DNA from: an uncultured Gemmatimonadales bacterium
GTDB lineage: Bacteria; Gemmatimonadota; Gemmatimonadetes; Gemmatimonadales; Gemmatimonadaceae
Direction of reading: 5' to 3'
Assembly (NCBI GenBank): GCA_963793305.1
Contig: CAWBZV010000005.1
Coordinates: forward strand, 1,088,001 to 1,152,000
Length of the DNA stretch: 64,000 nt
The position numbers and the translations under genes are program-made. Of the stretch, positions 41,634 to 52,349 are shown piece after piece; the stretch's first letter is position 1, and each line of letters begins with the position of its first letter. Under the pieces are notes generated by a model. The model was not told where the DNA came from. It did not search any database and saw only the letters and a list, made by a program, of their open reading frames with translations.

Positions 41634-42631
41634 AGATTCTGGTCGCTGGCGGAGCAGGGTACATCGGCTCCGTGTTGGTGCCGAAACTGATCGCCCGCGG
41701 ATACGAGGTCGACGTCGTCGACCTGCTCTGGTTCGGCAACACGCTCCCGGGGGATATCCGGGTCATGCGGCGCGACGTGCTCGATCTGACCCGGGATGAG
41801 CTCGTGGGGTACGACCAGGTCGTGTTCCTGGCCGGCCTGTCGAACGATCCCATGGCGGAGTACTCGCCGGGAAAGAATTTCGTCTTCAACGCCGCCAGCC
41901 CAGCCTATCTGGCCTACATCGCCAAGCAGGCGCGCGTGCGGCGATTCGTGTACGCGAGCTCGTGCTCGGTGTACGGGTACACGGAGAACGAGCTGTTCGA
42001 CGAGCGCTCTCCCGCGATCTCGACGTATCCCTACGGGATCTCCAAGCTCCAGGGGGAGTTCGCGGCCCTCCAACTGCAAGACGAGACGTTCTCGGTCATC
42101 GCGCTGCGCAAAGGAACCGTCTGCGGATACAGCCCGCGCATGCGACTCGACCTCGTGATCAATACAATGTTCAAGACGGCGCTGACGACCAACGTCATCA
42201 CCGTGAACAATCCGGCGATCTGGCGGCCGATCCTGGCGATTCAAGACGCGGCCAGTGCGTATATCCGGGCCATCGAGTGCGGCGCCGAAATCTCCGGCAT
42301 CTTCAACGTCGCATCGGGGAACTACACGCTCGGCGAGCTCGCCGATTACGTGAGTGAGGCGCTCCGCGAGCTGGTCGGACTCGAGCCCCGGCTCGACATC
42401 AAGCACCTGACGGACGTGCGGAACTACAAAGTCTCGTGCGAGAAGGCGCAGACCACCCTGAGCTTCAAGCCCGCGCACAACGTCCGGAGCATCGTGAAGG
42501 ACCTGGTCGACCATCGGCACCTGTTCGCGGATTTCGACGACCCGCGTTTCTCCAATATCGCGACGTTCAAGCGGTTGGACGGGATTCCCAACGTCGCCCT
42601 CCCGCCGCGCTCGCCACGGGTGGCGGTCTGA
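41630..42631 (+). CDS. NAD-dependent epimerase/dehydratase (extended SDR)
   Basis: AGGAGYIG, LAGLSND, SSCSVYG, YGISK and SPRMRLDLVIN motifs. Confidence 0.88.
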   Translation: MKILVAGGAGYIGSVLVPKLIARGYEVDVVDLLWFGNTLPGDIRVMRRDVLDLTRDELVGYDQVVFLAGLSNDPMAEYSPGKNFVFNAASPAYLAYIAKQARVRRFVYASSCSVYGYTENELFDERSPAISTYPYGISKLQGEFAALQLQDETFSVIALRKGTVCGYSPRMRLDLVINTMFKTALTTNVITVNNPAIWRPILAIQDAASAYIRAIECGAEISGIFNVASGNYTLGELADYVSEALRELVGLEPRLDIKHLTDVRNYKVSCEKAQTTLSFKPAHNVRSIVKDLVDHRHLFADFDDPRFSNIATFKRLDGIPNVALPPRSPRVAV

Positions 42632-42641
42632 TCGCGCGCGC

Positions 42642-43505
42642 ATGACTGTCGTCGTTGTTGGCGGCAACGGCCAACTCGGCGCCGATCTCATGACCGCATG
42701 CGCCGCGCGGAGGCTTCCGGCGATCGGGCTCACCCACGCCGATATCGAAGTGACGGACGCGACATCGGTCAATGCGGCGCTCGACCGGGCGGCGGCCGAC
42801 GTGATCGTGAACACGGCGGCGATGCACAATGTCGAGCGCTGTGAACAGGAGCCCGCCCAAGCGTTCGCCGTCAACGCCATCGGCGCGCGGCATCTCGCGC
42901 TCGCGGCGGCGCGACGCGGCGCGGCCCTCGTGCACGTCAGCACCGACTATGTGTTCGACGGTGCGCTGCGCCGCCCCTACGTCGAGGCCGACCTGCCGCG
43001 GCCGCTCAATGCGTACGGCGTGAGTAAGCTGGCCGGCGAGCACTTCGTGAGCGCACTCGCACCCCGCCATTTCATCGTTCGGTCATCGGGCCTCTACGGC
43101 GCGCATCCGAGTCGCGCGAAGGCCGGAGGACTCAACTTCGTGCGCCTCATGCTCAAGCTGGCGCGCGAGCGCGGGACGGTACGCGTCGTCGCCGACGAGT
43201 TCGTCACGCCGACGTACACGGTCGATCTCGCCGAACAGATCCTCGATCTGGCGGAGACGAGCGCCTACGGCACGTATCACGCGACGAGCGCCGGTGCCTG
43301 CTCGTGGAACGAGTTCGCCCGCGAGATCTTTCGCCGCGCCGCGCCGGACACCATCGTCGAGGATGCCGCGGCGTCGGACTTTCCGCGGCCGGTCGCGAGG
43401 CCGCTGTACTCCGTCCTCGACAACGCGGGCCTGCGCGCGTTGGGCATCGATCGCATGGCGGACTGGCGCGATGCGCTCGGCCGCTATCTCGCCGTGCTCG
43501 ATTGA
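42642..43505 (+). CDS. rmlD: dTDP-4-dehydrorhamnose reductase
   Basis: G.NGQLG, STDYVFDG, YGVSKLAGE, PTY..DLA and RP.YS.LD motifs. Confidence 0.9.
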   Translation: MTVVVVGGNGQLGADLMTACAARRLPAIGLTHADIEVTDATSVNAALDRAAADVIVNTAAMHNVERCEQEPAQAFAVNAIGARHLALAAARRGAALVHVSTDYVFDGALRRPYVEADLPRPLNAYGVSKLAGEHFVSALAPRHFIVRSSGLYGAHPSRAKAGGLNFVRLMLKLARERGTVRVVADEFVTPTYTVDLAEQILDLAETSAYGTYHATSAGACSWNEFAREIFRRAAPDTIVEDAAASDFPRPVARPLYSVLDNAGLRALGIDRMADWRDALGRYLAVLD

Positions 43506-44482
43506 TGCCGCTCGAGGCCGACTCGGATACCTGTCTGATCTGCGGCAATGCACACGACAATCAGCGGTGGACCGCGCGCGAGATGATGTTCGGCTTGCGC
43601 GACCGGTTCGAGTACCGGGAATGCGCGGCGTGCGGTTGCCTCACCCTCATATCACCTCCCGCCGACCTGTCGCGCTACTATCCCGCGGATTACTACGCGC
43701 ACGGGCGCCCGCGTCGCGAGTCCGGACTCAAGCGGTACCTGTGGCGCGTCCTGGCCGATCAGGTGCTGGGTCGACCCAGCGCGCTGGGCCGCGTGCTGGT
43801 GTGGCGTTTCGGGGCGCCGGAGTTCACGGAGTGGGTGCGCACGGCCGAGGTGTCGCGCGACGCCATGATTCTCGATGTCGGATGCGGCAATGGCTGGCTC
43901 CTCCGCCATATCCGAGCCGCGGGCTGGCACCGGCTGACCGGCGTCGACCCGTTCCTGGACCACGAGATCACCTGGCCCGATGGCGTGGTCCTCCGTCGGT
44001 GCGCGCTCGACGAGGTGACCGGCCACTTCGACTTCATCATGGCGCACCACTCCTTCGAGCACATGCCGGACCCGTGCGCCGCCGCGCGCCACATGGCCCG
44101 ACTCCTGGCTCCTGGCGGCCGCGTGCTGATCCGTGTTCCGGTCGCCGACTCCGAAGCGTGGCGTACGTATCGGTCGGATTGGGTGCAGCTCGACGCACCG
44201 CGCCATCACGTGATCCCCACGCGAGTCGGCATGGAGCACATCGCGCGACAGGCGGGTCTCCGCATCGAGCGGGTGACGTACGATTCGACCGGCTTCCAAT
44301 TCTGGGGCAGTGATCAGTACCGCCACGATGTTGCGCTGGCCGACGCGCGCCGGCGGAGCGGTGACGCCTGCCTCTGCTCGGCGAGCGCTCGCGCGCAATA
44401 TGACGCACGCGCTCGCGTCCTGAACGAGAGTGGCGGAGCTGACCAGGCCTGCTTCTACCTGCGCGCCGTCTCCCCGGTATAG
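43505..44482 (+). CDS. Class I SAM-dependent methyltransferase with N-terminal CxxC...CxxC zinc-binding motif
   Basis: CLICG...CAACG, ILDVGCGNG, HSFEHM.DP and DAPRH motifs. Confidence 0.88.
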   Translation: MPLEADSDTCLICGNAHDNQRWTAREMMFGLRDRFEYRECAACGCLTLISPPADLSRYYPADYYAHGRPRRESGLKRYLWRVLADQVLGRPSALGRVLVWRFGAPEFTEWVRTAEVSRDAMILDVGCGNGWLLRHIRAAGWHRLTGVDPFLDHEITWPDGVVLRRCALDEVTGHFDFIMAHHSFEHMPDPCAAARHMARLLAPGGRVLIRVPVADSEAWRTYRSDWVQLDAPRHHVIPTRVGMEHIARQAGLRIERVTYDSTGFQFWGSDQYRHDVALADARRRSGDACLCSASARAQYDARARVLNESGGADQACFYLRAVSPV

Positions 44483-44491
44483 GTTTTCTCC

Positions 44492-46000
44492 ATGCGCCGG
44501 ACCGGACTCCTCGCCCGCGACGTCCTCTGGAACCTTGCGGGCCAGGGCGCCCCAATCGCGGCCGCGTTCTTCGCCATACCCGCGCTGACGCGCGGCCTCG
44601 GCACCGACCGCTTCGGCATTCTCACGCTGGCCTGGGTTTTTCTCGGCTATTTCAGCCTGTTCGATCTGGGCCTCGGTCGGGCGTTGACCCAAGCGGTCTC
44701 AGAGCGCCTTGGTCGCGGTGAAACCGAGGACGTCGCGAGCATCGCCTGGACCTCACTCGCCGCGATGGGCTTGCTCGGACTCGTTGCGACGCTCGGCTCG
44801 GCGCTTGCTGCGCCGCTCATTGTCACCCACGCGCTCAAGGTCCCCCCCGAGCTGCGACGCGAGACGGAGCGGGCGTTCTATGTGCTGGCCGCTTCGATTC
44901 CAGTCGTCATTCTGACATCGGGCTTCCGCGGCCTCCTCGAAGCGCGGCACCGCTTCGACCTGAGCAATGCCATTCGCATGCCGCTCAGCCTCCTCATGCT
45001 CCTCTCACCGCTGGCCGTGCTGCCGTTCGATCACGATCTCTTCGTCATCGTCGGGCTGCTGCTGCTCGTCCGGATCGTGGGCCTGTTCGTGCACGCGTAC
45101 TTTGCCGCCCGAGTCGTGCCCGGTCTGTTCAAGCGCCCTGTCCTACGACTCGACGCGATGCGACCACTCCTGGCCACCGGTGGCTGGATGACGGTATCGA
45201 ACATCGTGAGCCCGCTGCTCGCGAGCTTGGACCGGTTCGTCATCGGCGGCGTGGCGTCCATGTCCGCGGTGGCCTACTACACGGCGCCGTACGAGGCCGT
45301 GACGAAGCTGTGGCTGGTGCCGGTCGCGATCAGTAACGCCCTCTTTCCGGAATTTGCCGCGACATTCTCGCGGGATCCGGTTCGGGGCGCCCGCCTGTAC
45401 CGGCGGAGCGTGACCACATTGCTGCTCGTGCTCTTTCCTATCACACTTGTCATCGTCGCCTTCGCGCGCGTGGGTCTCAAGCTCTGGCTCGGGCCCGTCT
45501 TCGCGCAACGGAGCACGGTGCTGTTGCAGGTGCTGGCGGCAGGGGTGTTGATCAATAGCCTCGCGTCAGTCCCGTTCACCCTCGCACAGGGCGTCGGTCG
45601 CCCGGACCTGACCGCCAAGTTGCACCTGGCGGAGCTCGCGCCTTTCGTCGGACTCCTCTGGATCCTGGTCGAGCGATTTGGCATTGTCGGCGCCGCAATC
45701 GCTTGGACGGCCCGCTGCACGGTCGACAGCGTCGTGCTGTTCATCGTCGGGCGGCGCATGTTGCCGAAGGGACACGCCTCGCTCGTGCCGATCGCCATGG
45801 CGTGCGCCGCCGCGGCCGGGTTGCTCGTGGTCGCGGCCCTCGCGGCAACGCCGTGGCTCCAGTTCGGCGTGGTGGTGATCGGCGTGCCCGTGTTTCTCGT
45901 CTGCGGCGTGACCTGGCTGCTCGATCGCGACGACATCGCGGCGATCCTGGCGCGCGTTCCCCTACGAGCGGCGCGCGCGCGGACTGAGCAGGCCGGCTAG
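44492..46000 (+). CDS. wzx: Wzx-type flippase
   Basis: WNLAG, FDLGL, GW.TVSNIVSP...LDRF.IG and YY..PYE motifs; 12-14 TM segments. Confidence 0.9.
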   Translation: MRRTGLLARDVLWNLAGQGAPIAAAFFAIPALTRGLGTDRFGILTLAWVFLGYFSLFDLGLGRALTQAVSERLGRGETEDVASIAWTSLAAMGLLGLVATLGSALAAPLIVTHALKVPPELRRETERAFYVLAASIPVVILTSGFRGLLEARHRFDLSNAIRMPLSLLMLLSPLAVLPFDHDLFVIVGLLLLVRIVGLFVHAYFAARVVPGLFKRPVLRLDAMRPLLATGGWMTVSNIVSPLLASLDRFVIGGVASMSAVAYYTAPYEAVTKLWLVPVAISNALFPEFAATFSRDPVRGARLYRRSVTTLLLVLFPITLVIVAFARVGLKLWLGPVFAQRSTVLLQVLAAGVLINSLASVPFTLAQGVGRPDLTAKLHLAELAPFVGLLWILVERFGIVGAAIAWTARCTVDSVVLFIVGRRMLPKGHASLVPIAMACAAAAGLLVVAALAATPWLQFGVVVIGVPVFLVCGVTWLLDRDDIAAILARVPLRAARARTEQAG

Positions 46001-46927
46001 GGTGCCGGTGAGCACGGCCCAACCGATCCGGGGATGCCCGCGCACGGTTTCCAAGACCGCGCGGCCCGGTTTCGTGACGATGAGATAGAGGAGCGCCGCA
46101 AGCCGACGCAGCCCACGAAGGTTGCGTCGGACCCAGAAACCGCGATGCCGGTTGACGGCGTACGTGACGCGCGGCGATGCCTGGGCCTTGCCGAACGATG
46201 CGCCGACTCGATGATACGCGATGGCGCGCGGCACGTACCGCAGCGGGATCCCAGCGTCGCGAGCCCTCTGCGAATACTCGGTGTCCTCGAGGTATCCCGG
46301 ATAATAGATCTCCGGCAAGTGCCCCAGCCGCCGCAACGTCGGCGCGGAGATGAGCATCGTGCACCCACAGATGAATTCCGTCGGCAGCGCGCCGTCTCCG
46401 CCGGGCACGTCGAGGTTGTGGATGGACAGCGCGCGGACCGGCAGGATGCGACCGCCCGCGTACCAGACGCGATGGGGCGGCGCCATCTCGTAGATCGTTC
46501 CTGACGCGAGACCCGTGTCCGGGTAGGCGGCCAGTCCGGCCTCGAGATCGGCGAAATAGCTCGGACTCACCGTGGCGTCATTGTTCAACAACAGGAAATG
46601 CGTCGCGCCAACGTCGTGCTCCGCATACGCCAACGCGATATTGTTGCCGCCGGAGAAGCCCCGGTTTGTCGACGATGTGAAGAGCACCACTGCTCCAGAC
46701 CGCGGCACGCGGTCGGCGGGCCAGCCCGTCCGATCCTCACTCTCGATGCGCAGCGGTACGCCGCGCTCGCCCGCCCACGCGCGCAGTCGCTCGACCTCGC
46801 CGGGTCGGGAGCCGTTGTCGACCAGTGCAATGCCGTACGGCCGCGGCCGCGCGTCGAAGAGCGACTGGAGGCAGACCTCCGTATCGGCCGCGCCGTTCCA
46901 GTTGACGAGAATGACCCAGACGTTCAC
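45962..46927 (-). CDS. GT2 family glycosyltransferase
   Basis: ILVNWNG, DNGS, NRGFSGGNN, LLNND, GC.MLI and EDTEY motifs. Confidence 0.9.
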   Translation of the reverse strand: MNVWVILVNWNGAADTEVCLQSLFDARPRPYGIALVDNGSRPGEVERLRAWAGERGVPLRIESEDRTGWPADRVPRSGAVVLFTSSTNRGFSGGNNIALAYAEHDVGATHFLLLNNDATVSPSYFADLEAGLAAYPDTGLASGTIYEMAPPHRVWYAGGRILPVRALSIHNLDVPGGDGALPTEFICGCTMLISAPTLRRLGHLPEIYYPGYLEDTEYSQRARDAGIPLRYVPRAIAYHRVGASFGKAQASPRVTYAVNRHRGFWVRRNLRGLRRLAALLYLIVTKPGRAVLETVRGHPRIGWAVLTGTLAGLLSPRARRS

Positions 46928-48432
46928 GCGCGGTTCACGCGGTCGGCACACTCTGTCCCGACGATCGTCATCGTCGCGCCGCTCAGCCAGAAGTAGAGGT
47001 ACGAGACGAATTGTCCGGTGAAGACCACCGAGGTGACGCTGTTGATGGCGATGCCGACGGTCGCCGCCAAGACCAGGACGCCGAAATGACGGGTGGGGGC
47101 CGTCGACCCGGAGCGAGCAATGGTCCGAGCGGCTGCGCCGACGCCGAAGAGAATCACCAGGAGCGGCAGCAGTCCCGGCAATCCGAGCTCGACGCCGTAC
47201 TTGAGGTACAGATTGTCTCCGGTCACATGTTCTGCGCCGAATCGGTCTCCGGTCGCGTCGGCGGTCGCCAAGCCAGTGCCGAGCGGGTTCGCGACGAACG
47301 CCGCGATGCCGTTCGACCAATCGACGAGGTGCTCCGTGCTGCTGCCGGTCTTGAACAACAACGTGTCGATCAACCACGCACCGAAGTCCGGTATGACGGC
47401 GATCGACATCACGAGCACCGCGGCGAATCCGGCGAGCACGCCGACGATGGCGCTCCGGCGATGGAGGTACCACGCGACGAGTCCCGTTTCGATCACGGCG
47501 CACACGATCGACATGCGCGTCACGGTCAGCAACAGGCCGGTCCAGGCGATAGCGTAGGCCACCCATCGGAGGAGCCCCACCCGGCGATCGCGGCGTAACA
47601 CCGCGATCGTGGCGGCCGGCATGATGAGGAGGAAGGCCGCCGCGAAGGCCTGGCTGGACAGGAACGTCGAGCCGGCGCGTGCGACCTGGCGGCCGCCGAT
47701 CTCCGTAAAGTAGTTCATTGGCAGTCCCAACTCGTCGGTCTGCAGCATGACCCCGAGGTTGAGAAAATCGCTAAAGTACTTCGACGCTCCGATGGCCACG
47801 AGGAACTCAGGTGGTACGAACAGTCGCTCGAGAATGGCCACGATGGAGAGGGCGACGCCGACCGCGAAGATCGTGTTCACGATGATTTCGCCGGCCATCT
47901 CTTTTCCACTGGACCGGCCGACGAAATAGAGCAGCAGAAAGAGACCGCTGTCGCGCACGCCGTACAACTGGCCGACGAGCGGGATCGGAGTGCCGACGAA
48001 CGGCTCTCGACCGATCAGGTTGCCCAGAACGACCGCGCCGAGGGCGGCGACGACGAGATCCATGGCGACGACGCGCGCGCCCCCACCCCGACCGGTCAAC
48101 AGTCGGACGATGAGCGCGATGAACACCACGAGCACGAGCGCTTCCTTCCACGCCGCGACGATCCGCGTGGTGGTCTCCGACAGGCCAACCACGGCGAAGA
48201 GCACGGCGACCACGACCACGTGCAGTGGGAGGAGGCAACACAGCGTGATGAACGCGCGCCGCGGGCGAGCCGCGAGCCAGGCGACCGCGCCCGATCCGAC
48301 GAGGACCAACGCGATCGGCGGTGCCAGCCATCCCAAGACCAGGAGCGCGGCCAGTCCGCCGACGCCCAGTCGCCACCACCGCCAGCGGCCCGGCTCGCCG
48401 TCTCCGGAGATCGCGACGGCGGCGGTCGTCAT
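46924..48432 (-). CDS. O-antigen ligase/polymerase-like membrane protein (Wzy_C-type)
   Basis: Multiple TMs; RAGSTF, T.TR, S...H...W, P.GTGL and DN.YL...ELG..G motifs. Confidence 0.7.
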   Translation of the reverse strand: MTTAAVAISGDGEPGRWRWWRLGVGGLAALLVLGWLAPPIALVLVGSGAVAWLAARPRRAFITLCCLLPLHVVVVAVLFAVVGLSETTTRIVAAWKEALVLVVFIALIVRLLTGRGGGARVVAMDLVVAALGAVVLGNLIGREPFVGTPIPLVGQLYGVRDSGLFLLLYFVGRSSGKEMAGEIIVNTIFAVGVALSIVAILERLFVPPEFLVAIGASKYFSDFLNLGVMLQTDELGLPMNYFTEIGGRQVARAGSTFLSSQAFAAAFLLIMPAATIAVLRRDRRVGLLRWVAYAIAWTGLLLTVTRMSIVCAVIETGLVAWYLHRRSAIVGVLAGFAAVLVMSIAVIPDFGAWLIDTLLFKTGSSTEHLVDWSNGIAAFVANPLGTGLATADATGDRFGAEHVTGDNLYLKYGVELGLPGLLPLLVILFGVGAAARTIARSGSTAPTRHFGVLVLAATVGIAINSVTSVVFTGQFVSYLYFWLSGATMTIVGTECADRVNRA

Positions 48433-49535
48433 CGATCGTCGGCCACCGCGGCGCGCTGCCGGCGACGGGCGCCAGGAATGGCTCTGACCACGCCATCCAC
48501 TGCCATCCTCAAGCCAGCCGCCTCCTGGGGGTTCCGCTCGGCCCAGCCCGCGACGAGCACGAGCGAGCCGGCGACGAGCACGCCGAGGAACAGGCCAATG
48601 AAGGCCGCCGCAATGGTGATCGATGTGCGCTTGGGCCACTGTCGCATGACGGGGACGACCGCCGAGTCGACGACAGTGATCACCGGCGTGTCGTTCACCT
48701 CATCGAGTCGCGACGTTTCGAGCTCACGACGCAAAGTGAGGTAGAGCTCGCCCTCGATCTCGACCTGACGCCGGAGGCGTCCCTGCTCGAACGTCAGCTC
48801 CGCCGACTGCTGCCATTGCCGGTTGGTTTGCTGAAAATCACGAAGCCGGTCTTCGGCCGCGCGCAGCGTCGCCTGCGCGTTGGTCACCCGCGCATCGGCG
48901 AACACGCGGCGCGCCCGCGCGCGCGACTGGCGCTGCTCGACGTTGAACGAGTCGACGAGCGCCGTCACGTGATTGGCCAATGCCGCCGACAACGCGGGCC
49001 AGCGCGTATCGGCCCAGACCGTTATCAGATTGGTCTTGGTATCCGGGATCGCGCGAATCACGCCCTTCTCGAGCGTCGTGAGTGTCATCTCGAGTCGCTT
49101 CCGCGGATCCGGCACGTCGTCCGGCCCGAGGAGCTCCACGAGCGTCGCGGTGGCCTGGCCTCCGCGTTGGCGCGGATTCGCGTATTGCGCCGTCGCCAAC
49201 CTGGTGAGCAACTCGCGACTCATGATCAGTTGCTGGTAGAACTGCGGCGACGTGGTCGGGTCACCGGACACGCCGATCCCCAACGACTGGGCAAAGCCCG
49301 AGGCGCCCGCGATGCTGGCCAGCCCGGAGGACAGCCGCGATCCGGAATTCGGTATGGCGAGGAACGAGGCGCGCCCGCGGTAAATGGGGTGCGCAATGAA
49401 CGTGATGGCGATCGCGGCCGCCACGACGGCGAACGCGATCAATGCGACCATCCGCCACCGCGTGAGCACGCGTGCGAGCCATTCACCGAAGGTCATGCCG
49501 TTGCTCAGAACGGCGGGCGCGATCCCGTTTGTCAT
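48429..49535 (-). CDS. Wzz/Wzc-N-like polysaccharide co-polymerase (GNVR-type, no kinase domain)
   Basis: N- and C-terminal TMs, coiled-coil region, VVDSA..P...WP.R motif. Confidence 0.8.
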   Translation of the reverse strand: MTNGIAPAVLSNGMTFGEWLARVLTRWRMVALIAFAVVAAAIAITFIAHPIYRGRASFLAIPNSGSRLSSGLASIAGASGFAQSLGIGVSGDPTTSPQFYQQLIMSRELLTRLATAQYANPRQRGGQATATLVELLGPDDVPDPRKRLEMTLTTLEKGVIRAIPDTKTNLITVWADTRWPALSAALANHVTALVDSFNVEQRQSRARARRVFADARVTNAQATLRAAEDRLRDFQQTNRQWQQSAELTFEQGRLRRQVEIEGELYLTLRRELETSRLDEVNDTPVITVVDSAVVPVMRQWPKRTSITIAAAFIGLFLGVLVAGSLVLVAGWAERNPQEAAGLRMAVDGVVRAIPGARRRQRAAVADDR

Positions 49536-52182
49536 CAGTGCCGTGTCAGGTAGATGACCGTCGCCAGGCTGGCGATCAACTGCACTGCGGTTCCGATGTA
49601 GGCCAGTGTCTGATCGGGCTGTTGGAGTCGCAGTTCCTTCTCCGGAACGTACACCCGCGAGCCCGGCTCGGGCACCGGGATGGTCGCCGGGAGAATCCCG
49701 TGGTGTCGAACGCTCTCGACCGTACCGTCGGGCTGCGTCACGTAGGCGCGACTGAGCTCCGCGCGGATGCCGGGGCCACCCGCGGCGTACACATAGTAAA
49801 TGAGGTTCTTGCCCGGGGCGTACGTGATCGCGATGGGCGCGTTCACCGATCCCGCGACGCGCACGACACCCGAGTAGCTCGGGATACTGATGGAATCGCC
49901 ATCCTGCAGAATGAGGTTGTCCTGGTGGTTCGGATTCTTGAGCGCGTCGCGAACGTCGACACCGATCCGGCCAACATGGTTCTGCGTCCGAATCAGCGCG
50001 ATGCCATTCGGATCGGCCTCTTTCGTCGGGCCACCCGCGCGCTCCAGTACTGCGTCGAGCCGCTCGGTCTTGGTGAGGAGCGTATATCGCCCGGGATACC
50101 GGACCTCGCCGGTCACCACGACCGTCCGGGGCAAGGTCCAATTGACTTGACGGAAGATGAGCACGTTGTCATACGGCTCGAGCACCGTGGACGGTCCCGA
50201 TGAGTCCAAGGGAACGCGCATGGTCACCGCCGTCACTCCACCCGCCCGATTCTCGGGAACGCGGGCAATCTCCGCCTGCGTGAGATCCGCGCCCTCCGTC
50301 GGGCCGCCGGCGAGGAGGACGAGGTCGCGCAAGGTCATGCCATCGTGATACGCCAAGCGCCCACCGTGGCGCACCGCGCCGGCGATGGCGACGTAGCGCC
50401 GCGGTCGCATCTCGTGCAACGCGAAGATCCGGATGTCGTCGTGGTCCTGCAGGATCACGTCCTCAATGGGCTCTCCGGTTGAGTCCCGGAGCGCTGCGCG
50501 GAGCTGTTGGCGGGTCGAATCCGGCCGCAGGCGCGCGATCAGCACGCTGCCGAGATACGCATCGGGTTTGAGGCCGCCGGCGAGTTTGAGCGCATCGGAG
50601 AGACGCATACCCGGCGAGAACCCCTGTGCACCCGGCGTCCAGACATCGCCGGAGACCGTCACGCGGTCGCGGACGCTCAGGTCGACCTTGAACACGTGCA
50701 CGCTGTCGTCCGGCTCCATCGCGATGGCCGGGCCAAGGCTGGCGTCCAGATCGGGAGGGGAGAACGTCCATCACGACCCGAGCGCGGTTGCCCCCGCCGG
50801 CCGTCGTATCGGGAACGACGCGCGTAATCTGCACGCGGTGGCGGACCGCGCTGGCCTCGAACCCACCGGCGTCGCGGAGCGCGTCGCGCAGTGTCTCCCC
50901 AGGCGCGAGCTCGTAGATGGCTTGACGCACCACCTCGCCCGTGACCTTGATGCGCGGGCCGTGCACCGGCACGAACACGATGTCACCGCTCTGGAGCTGG
51001 ACATCATGTGATGCGTCGCCGTGCAGGAGATACGCGTAGACGTTCGAGCGAGTCCGCCAACCGGCCGCCGCGCCGGATCTCGATGCGGCGCAGCGAGCCG
51101 TTCGGGTCCGGCCCGCCCGCGACGTAGAGGGCAGTGAGGGCCGTGCCGGCGCTCGAGATCTCGTAGCTGCCCGGTTGCGCGACGTCGCCGACCACGAAGA
51201 CCTGATTCGTGTGGAGGCGGGTGACGCTGATCGAGAAATGCGTGGTTGCCGATGGTCCCCGGCGCACGCCGGAGTAGAACCGCGGGAGCCGCTCGTACAA
51301 CACGTCTTCCAACTGCGCCAGGGTAAGATTCGCCACGGCGATCTCACCGACCGAGGGGATCACGACGAACCCCTCGCGCGTGACGAGCAGCGATCGGGCG
51401 GCTTCGACCTGCCCGGTCAGGATCAGCATCAACTGGTCGCCGGGTTCGATCCGGTAGTTCGCCCCGACGGGACCCGCGAGATTCGCTCTGAATTGCGAGC
51501 TGCCCCGTCGAAAGAGATTCAAGCCGAACACCCGAAGGGCGGAGTCGGGTGGCGCGAGCATACGGAGGAGCCGCTGCTTGGCGGCATAGGGGATCGATGT
51601 ATCGGCCACCAGCGACCGAATGCGGGCGCGGATGGCCCGCATCGAATCGGCGGCGAACGCCGTATCCGCCGTCGAGTCGAACGCATACGCATCAGGGGGA
51701 GGTCGGAGGCGTCGCAACGCGCGGCCGAGCAGCAGCGAATCCGCGTAGGCGGCCGCACCCGTGTCGACCGTATCGGCCAGGCGCCCTCGCGCGCGGCGGG
51801 AGAGGAGAGAGTCGAGTCGGGCGGTACCCACCAGTGAGTCGACGGTCGCCGAGTCCACCAGTCCGAGTTGGCTGACGGCGTTGATCACCTCGGCGCTCGG
51901 CGGCATTGTGTCGGCGGACGTGCCGCCACCGCCAGCCATGTAGGCGTCCAGCAGACTGTCAGGATACCCCGCTGCCTCCAGTCGTGACCGGATCTGCTCC
52001 GGAGTCAGCCCGCTCTCCTCGAGGCGTTGTCGCAGCTGCGCGGCGAGGTCAGGTCGGGTCTGGAGGAGCTGCTGTGCCTGTGAGGAAGATGGGACCTGCG
52101 GCACCTGGGCCGCCGCGACCTGCGCGGCGACGAGCAGTGCCACCGCCAGGCCGACTGCGGTAATTAGCGACCGAGGTCGCAC
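49535..52182 (-). CDS. Polysaccharide export protein with multiple SLBB repeats (Wza/KpsD-like), frameshifts at ~51043 and ~50763
   Basis: Signal peptide; FG..LF, Y.I.PGD.L (Poly_export); repeated V.G.V..PG.Y...AGG...L..GD.I units. Confidence 0.85.
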
Positions 52183-52349
52183 GGAAGCGTTCGCATCTTG
52201 GGGAGCAGGATGGAGAAACGTCTGCGGCGAGCGCGTCGCCTGGAACAGAGCGGTAGTGTAATTCGCGAGACACCAGGCGGGTACCCCCGAGCCCGCTCCG
52301 ACGTTCCGGTCTTGCGCGTGTATGAACGACCAGCCCAACATTGCACGAA

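Noticed and set aside
45962..46000. 39-bp convergent overlap of wzx and GT2 as antisense regulation
   Set aside because: Short tail-to-tail overlaps are common in compact GC-rich genomes, and nothing else supports a regulatory role.
8753..48430. Long alternative-frame and antisense ORFs (e.g. 8753-10114, 10011-11267, 14817-16238, 31691-33082, and the N-terminal parts of 22206-24638 and 45962-47566)
   Set aside because: Arg/Ala/Pro-rich shadow ORFs expected at high GC; they overlap well-supported genes and have no motifs.
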